DNA of 64,000 bases from Candidatus Kapaibacterium sp. Its GTDB lineage: Bacteria; Bacteroidota; Ignavibacteria; Kapaibacteriales; UBA2268. The translations under genes and the position numbers were made by a program. The stretch's first letter is position 1. Each line of letters begins with the position of its first letter. Below, one piece after another: positions 58,788-64,000 of this stretch. The notes beneath the pieces are model-generated. The model did no database searches and had not been told where the DNA came from. It worked only from the letters and a program-made list of their open reading frames with translations. The stretch spans positions 67,274-131,273 of the forward strand of contig CALBDO010000003.1 of assembly GCA_937927515.1 (NCBI GenBank), written 5' to 3'.

Positions 58788-61700
58788 TTTACATGAATTA
58801 GTTTAAACAAATGGATTTCTGTATGATTGAAAATTTGCAAAAGTAAAAGCGTAGAGCCGTATTCAACATTTTGTATTAAAACTTCTCTTCGATTTAAACC
58901 ATCAGAATAGACCATCTCTTCGAAAAGTACTTTACCCAATAGATTTGTTAAGCGAACTACATAACTTTTAGGCTCGGTTAATTCAAATTTTATAATTATT
59001 CCTCTTTCGTCATTAATAACATTTATCAAACTTGATGTTGTTGGTCTAACTAATCGTTTGCCTCCCTCGGTACAAACCATAATTGCAATGGAACCAGAGT
59101 CCAAAATTGTATTTTTAACTAATCCCACCGGCAACCAAAAAGGTTCGTAAATGTTAACTGTAGAAAAATCCGTATCCGAAATCAAAGGTATTCCGATAAT
59201 ACTTGTTAACATCTTTTCATTTCCATCAACAACTAAAGAATCAAAATCCAAAATGAGTTCTCGAATGCCACCACTAATTTTTTGAGAGAGAATTTTTCCT
59301 TTAGATAAAGAAGTTGGGTGAAAAACATTCCAAATAAAGGACACTTTAAGTTGCAATTGATTAACTGTAAGTGATTTCTCCTTGTCCAAGAGACTAATGT
59401 AAATTGGTAAAGTGCCAACTTCATCTTTTGGATTTAATTGTACATCGCCAGCACGGATAATTACATCCTGTGGTGGAACTCCAATTCCCTTTAAAACCAG
59501 CTTAATGGAATCAGAACATTCTGGATAGTTTACTACTGCAATCAAAGTATCATAAACTGGACCTTCGCTATTTGGTATAAAGTATACAGAAAATTCTTGT
59601 TTAGAATTTGCTAAAACAAGTAGATTATTTGGCAAACTCGTAGAAAATATGTTGGAGCTTGAAACAAAGAAATGCTCAGAGATGGTTGCCTGCATACCAA
59701 AGTTGACAATTCTTGTTACAATTTCCTTTGTTAACCCAATGGGCACAAAGCCAAAGTCTATTTCGGGAACTTCAAATTTTATAAATCTCCTTGGATTTGC
59801 TCTTAACAATATAGTGGCTTGCTCTGTAGTATTATTAATGAATATAAATAATTTTAAAAATGCGGTGTACACTCGTTCGGAATCTGCATCTTCAAAAATT
59901 ATGGTAAATTTTCCAATAGTATCAATTGTTTTGGGGAATTTATCAAGAATCTTAAAATTGATAGCATCTTGTCCAAAGATTTTGGCAGAATCTACTCTAA
60001 AAGGAATCGTGCCAAGATTGGTTATGCTAAAAATTAATGTATCTAATCCACATATGACAACGTCTCCAAAGTCGAGAGTATCTGTAACAAAAAAGTTACC
60101 AGATACAGCATTACCCTTTAGATATACCCACTGAGTATCCGGGCAAGGTTGGTAATAAACTATCCGCATAGAGTCGAAGATTTCGCCTTCTTGGTCCGGT
60201 CGAAAAGTAAAAACAATCTCGACAGAATCGTTAGGTCGAATAATTGCAACGTTGGGGTTGGGTTCAAAGACTAATTTATTACCTTCGAAATCCCTAATTC
60301 TTTGGGGCTCAGGATATAAACCATTGTTAATAAGCTTCAACTTTTGTGTTTTAAAATCACCTATCTGACAAGTTCCAAAGTCTATTGTATCTGGTACTAA
60401 ATCTACATTTAAATTTTCTTGGATTGCGGATAACTTTATCTGAATTTGTGGATTATTTACATCATTACTTTCAATCAATAACACAGCTGTTTTCAAACCA
60501 GAGGGTGCACCACGAACACCCACGAACTTAACAGCACAACTATCAATAGCGCCAGGTGGAATAAAACTTTGAGAAAAAGAATTTGATAGAAAGAAATGTT
60601 CCGGACTGTAGGATTGTAAAATTTCTACCTTTTTAATTTTTAAATCTGTGCTACCTTTGTTTGAAACGTAAATTATAGTATCCTTTGATTTACAATATGG
60701 TAGTAATCCAAAGAAAACAGAATCTACATTGGCAAATATCTTTGCATTAGTACCAAAACCCCTCAGCTCGAAGCGAATTGTGTCTGGACAATCATTGACT
60801 GAGTTGGAAAAAAATTCAACAAAGTGTGTAAACTCGCCCTCCTTATCTGGTGTAAACTCATAGACAAGCCTCAAAGTGTCGCCCGGCCGAAGATAAGTAG
60901 GAATTTCGGGAACACTGCCTAAAAATCTAAAATTTGGTGCGCTCGGAGGCTCTTTATCGAAATAAGTTGTCCCACTGCCATTATTAACAATAACAACAGT
61001 TGTTGTATCGGACTCACCAATAGAAACAAAACCAAAATATGTTCCAGTTAAAACTACTGAGTTACTTTTTACAACATTATAAATAATTACAATAGTATCT
61101 TTATGTTCACATTTGTCAAAATAATAAACTAAAGTTAAAACATATTTCCCCTCAGCAGTGGGCGTTAAAATCACATTATTCTCAACACCATGTTGCTCTT
61201 CAATTATTGTATTCAATGGAATAAGTGGTTGTATGTTTCGAGACCAATTAGCTTCAAAATCAATTAATTTTATGGGAGAGTTGCTTTTATTCTGAAGATA
61301 GAATATTAGTTCAAAAGTATCTCCTACACAAATCTCTCCAAGATTAATCGTATCAACTTTTGTGTTTTTATAAACAAATTCAGTGCTGGTGTAAATGTTA
61401 TTGTAAGTAATATACAACACCTTTTTTAACTCGGGACAGTCAACAGGATAGACTATCAAAGAATCTATAAAACGACCGTAAAAATTAGGCTTCAGTGCTA
61501 AATTTATTGTATCTTCGAAATTTGGATTAAGATAAGATTCCGAACTACCTAAACTGAAATTAGAGCTATTAAATTTATAATAAAAATTTATTGGGAACTG
61601 ACTCTGATTAATAAGTAAGAAAGTAGTATCAAGCTTCAAATTGTTGCATATATCGCCTAAGTTTATTGTATCAATAGTTCTACTTTTGTCGATTGCATAA

Positions 61701-63811
61701 AAATCAAACGAATAAGGTAATAATTGTAATCTGACAATTATGCTCCAAGGATTGGAACTCCACTCATCGTCGGAATGCTCAATCAAAAGTGTATCGACGA
61801 GATATTTCTCCGAGATGGTTTTGTTGGCAACGAAACGAATGAAAAATTTAACCGAATCATTGGGTAACAAAACAATATCGTTTTGTGGTGCCACAATTTC
61901 AAAGCCAAAACTATTTTTGAATCTTGCTCTGGAAAATTTGACCGTCAAATTTCCATCACCGATGTTCTTAACGATTCCAGAGTCAAATACTACATTTCCT
62001 GGGCAATTATAAGCAACGAGAGAAAATTCTCGTGTTGCTAAACAAATACCCTGGGGAATTCTACGCAAAGTATTCATTGCTGCTTGAGAAAGCAAGAACC
62101 TTGGTTGATATTTAAAAGTATCAACATCATAATTATTCAAATCTTGAACAGCACATAGGTAGAAAATTTTACTGCTATCGGGTAAAATTATCTCGGTACT
62201 CCACTTATCTTGCCCAGGGAAACCAGTTACATTTTTTAATAATTGCCAATCGCTAAATTCTGATTTTATGTATATTCCAATTACGTCAGAGCTTGGATTC
62301 TTGCTACCTGTTATTGTAAATTTTCTCTTGACATAAGTTGTAGTATCGGTGGACAAACCAACATAAACAGGTGGATTGCTATGAGAAAATGAAATTGTAC
62401 TGAAATCAGGCGCATCTAATCGAAAGTATCCAGCTCCTCCTCCATTACCTCCAAGAGCACTCAGAGACAACCCTTGGGCTACTTCCTTGGCACAAACCGA
62501 GATTGAACCACCAGAACCACCACCCCCTGCACCATAACTGCTTTGACCACCATTTGCACCGTTTGCAATAATAGATAAATTTTCCACCCTTTTACCAAAA
62601 ATCCTTATTGCGCCACCACCGCCGCCCCCACTTCCAGAGCAAACATTTAAACCACTTGGATTACCACTAGCTCCGCCACTACCGCCGGCTACGGGAATTA
62701 TCATCGGATTCCCGTGAATTTTCCCTCCATTATTATAGTTCGAAGGTTCACTTCGACCATCTGTAGCATATCCACCAGAACCACCCATTCGATTATTAAT
62801 CGAGCCAGTTCCACCACCATATCCGCCTGATACATTCCAATTGCTTTGGTCACCAGAGCCAACACCGGATTTGCCAAATGGGTGTCCCGTACCACCACCC
62901 GAGGCCTCCCAGCCACCAGGATTCACTGCCGGTGGTACACCATTCAAACTTCGACCAGAGTCGCCAGTACCACAACCCAAGCTTTTGTAGGCACCACTGC
63001 CACTTAGAAAATAATTCACCCCACCTTTACCACCGCTTGTAAAACCATTCCCACCGTCCTCGCCAGGATTTCCCGTTATGTTATCGCAGAATCTTCCACC
63101 ACCACCGCCACCTCCAGGTCCAGCATTTTGTAGGCGCCCAGTACCAGCACTGACATTTATCTTGGTACTTGTACCAAATCCAGTAACATCACCTGTACTT
63201 AGTACGATGAAAGGAAGATAAGTTCGATTTGAAGCAGGAAAGCTTAGAGTATTATCTAAAAAAGCTCTGTATTCCAAACTTCCCAAGTTTAAATTTTCTA
63301 CAAGAATTGCACCGCTTGGAGAACGACGACCTAATGGTCCAGTTCCAAAAACCTGATTTGTTTGTAGCAAATTGCCAAAATTATAAGGCTTGACTATATA
63401 GAAAGTATCTGCATTTGAATAATTTCCATCGACCATTACCCTAAAAGGGACACGAAATTTGCTATCGAGTAAAGTCCAATCAGAACTATTGGGTTCTTCA
63501 AAAAAAGGATTTATAAAAAAATAGGTTGACAATAACCTACCATGCCAGGAAACAGAAATAGGACCTACAATGATTTTGGAAGAATCCTCGGGTCTATCAA
63601 AAACAATTCTAATTCGACCATTGTTATTGATTAGAAATGTGTCTGGACCAAAATTCCCGTAAGCATCGTGGGGGGAAATAACTTCTATATAAATACCCAT
63701 GCCAAGATATCCAATATCTGGAATAGTGTACGAAATCCTCGGTGCAAAGGCAAATGAGTAGTTGAAAACAAAATTAAAGATTAAACAAAGTTCAATAAGT
63801 TTTGATTTCAT
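58784..63811 (-). CDS. Giant T9SS-like surface protein: Gly-rich head, stalk of ASH/choice-of-anchor-D Ig-like domains, cohesin-like domain, CTD
   Basis: GGGGG-rich region, repeated DFG...N-x-G...L-x-G-x-G domains, TNLLGK CTD; ATGA overlap with the OmpA gene. Confidence 0.82.
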   Translation of the reverse strand: MKSKLIELCLIFNFVFNYSFAFAPRISYTIPDIGYLGMGIYIEVISPHDAYGNFGPDTFLINNNGRIRIVFDRPEDSSKIIVGPISVSWHGRLLSTYFFINPFFEEPNSSDWTLLDSKFRVPFRVMVDGNYSNADTFYIVKPYNFGNLLQTNQVFGTGPLGRRSPSGAILVENLNLGSLEYRAFLDNTLSFPASNRTYLPFIVLSTGDVTGFGTSTKINVSAGTGRLQNAGPGGGGGGGRFCDNITGNPGEDGGNGFTSGGKGGVNYFLSGSGAYKSLGCGTGDSGRSLNGVPPAVNPGGWEASGGGTGHPFGKSGVGSGDQSNWNVSGGYGGGTGSINNRMGGSGGYATDGRSEPSNYNNGGKIHGNPMIIPVAGGSGGASGNPSGLNVCSGSGGGGGGAIRIFGKRVENLSIIANGANGGQSSYGAGGGGSGGSISVCAKEVAQGLSLSALGGNGGGAGYFRLDAPDFSTISFSHSNPPVYVGLSTDTTTYVKRKFTITGSKNPSSDVIGIYIKSEFSDWQLLKNVTGFPGQDKWSTEIILPDSSKIFYLCAVQDLNNYDVDTFKYQPRFLLSQAAMNTLRRIPQGICLATREFSLVAYNCPGNVVFDSGIVKNIGDGNLTVKFSRARFKNSFGFEIVAPQNDIVLLPNDSVKFFIRFVANKTISEKYLVDTLLIEHSDDEWSSNPWSIIVRLQLLPYSFDFYAIDKSRTIDTINLGDICNNLKLDTTFLLINQSQFPINFYYKFNSSNFSLGSSESYLNPNFEDTINLALKPNFYGRFIDSLIVYPVDCPELKKVLYITYNNIYTSTEFVYKNTKVDTINLGEICVGDTFELIFYLQNKSNSPIKLIDFEANWSRNIQPLIPLNTIIEEQHGVENNVILTPTAEGKYVLTLVYYFDKCEHKDTIVIIYNVVKSNSVVLTGTYFGFVSIGESDTTTVVIVNNGSGTTYFDKEPPSAPNFRFLGSVPEIPTYLRPGDTLRLVYEFTPDKEGEFTHFVEFFSNSVNDCPDTIRFELRGFGTNAKIFANVDSVFFGLLPYCKSKDTIIYVSNKGSTDLKIKKVEILQSYSPEHFFLSNSFSQSFIPPGAIDSCAVKFVGVRGAPSGLKTAVLLIESNDVNNPQIQIKLSAIQENLNVDLVPDTIDFGTCQIGDFKTQKLKLINNGLYPEPQRIRDFEGNKLVFEPNPNVAIIRPNDSVEIVFTFRPDQEGEIFDSMRIVYYQPCPDTQWVYLKGNAVSGNFFVTDTLDFGDVVICGLDTLIFSITNLGTIPFRVDSAKIFGQDAINFKILDKFPKTIDTIGKFTIIFEDADSERVYTAFLKLFIFINNTTEQATILLRANPRRFIKFEVPEIDFGFVPIGLTKEIVTRIVNFGMQATISEHFFVSSSNIFSTSLPNNLLVLANSKQEFSVYFIPNSEGPVYDTLIAVVNYPECSDSIKLVLKGIGVPPQDVIIRAGDVQLNPKDEVGTLPIYISLLDKEKSLTVNQLQLKVSFIWNVFHPTSLSKGKILSQKISGGIRELILDFDSLVVDGNEKMLTSIIGIPLISDTDFSTVNIYEPFWLPVGLVKNTILDSGSIAIMVCTEGGKRLVRPTTSSLINVINDERGIIIKFELTEPKSYVVRLTNLLGKVLFEEMVYSDGLNRREVLIQNVEYGSTLLLLQIFNHTEIHLFKLIHVK

Positions 63812-63835
63812 TTTCAAAATGTATATGTTAATCTA

Positions 63836-63843
63836 CAAATTTA
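63836..63843 (-). promoter_or_regulatory. TAnnTTTG -7 element upstream of the surface-protein operon
   Basis: Minus strand TAAATTTG 24 nt before ATG 63811. Confidence 0.4.
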
Positions 63844-63972
63844 CGAAATTTAGCTAAGCAAGCAACAAAATTTTACAGAAATTGCATTTTGACTTTTAAA
63901 AGATGCTTTAAAAATATTTTTCTAAGGAAATTATTATATATTGCACTTTGGTAATGTTGAAAATCGGAGAAT

Positions 63973-64000
63973 ATGAGTACTATTAAAAAACTTTTTTGTT
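63973..64000 (+). CDS. Start of a probable secreted protein (truncated by window)
   Basis: GGAG then ATG AGT ACT ATT AAA AAA CTT TTT TGT (MSTIKKLFC). Confidence 0.4.

Overview
AT-rich, densely coding bacterial chromosomal window. It looks like an FCB-group organism, most like Ignavibacteria/Ca. Kapabacteria; this is inferred from T9SS-type cargo proteins, batBC, DUF1573 and recurring TAnnTTTG promoter boxes. The first 9.3 kb is an arsenic island on the minus strand: acr3, an unusual arsP, an ArsD-like protein with a reversed Cys motif, a Zn-ribbon protein with a tri-Cys tail, a sensor kinase with a periplasmic Cys triad, a sigma54 activator and a TAT-exported respiratory arsenate reductase arrA. 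arrA is missing from the ORF track and runs off the left edge. A readable -24/-12 promoter and tandem palindromic enhancer sites precede it. The rest holds feoAB-mntR with an operator, a duplicated GT2-TPR protein, tRNA-Thr(CGT), a heme-motif beta-barrel plus cytochrome c, a free-standing C-terminal half of ClpB cut at the M-domain tip, putB, smc and degP. It also holds a trimeric [FeFe]-hydrogenase with non-bifurcating signatures headed by a two-component pair, purH, hslU, wecB, rimO, batBC, uvrB, and two giant T9SS surface proteins flanking an OmpA-family gene. No CRISPR array, transposase, integrase or rRNA was seen. The best candidates for something new are the cysteine-relay arsenic system and the split ClpB. 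All calls come from manual motif recognition; no database searches were run.
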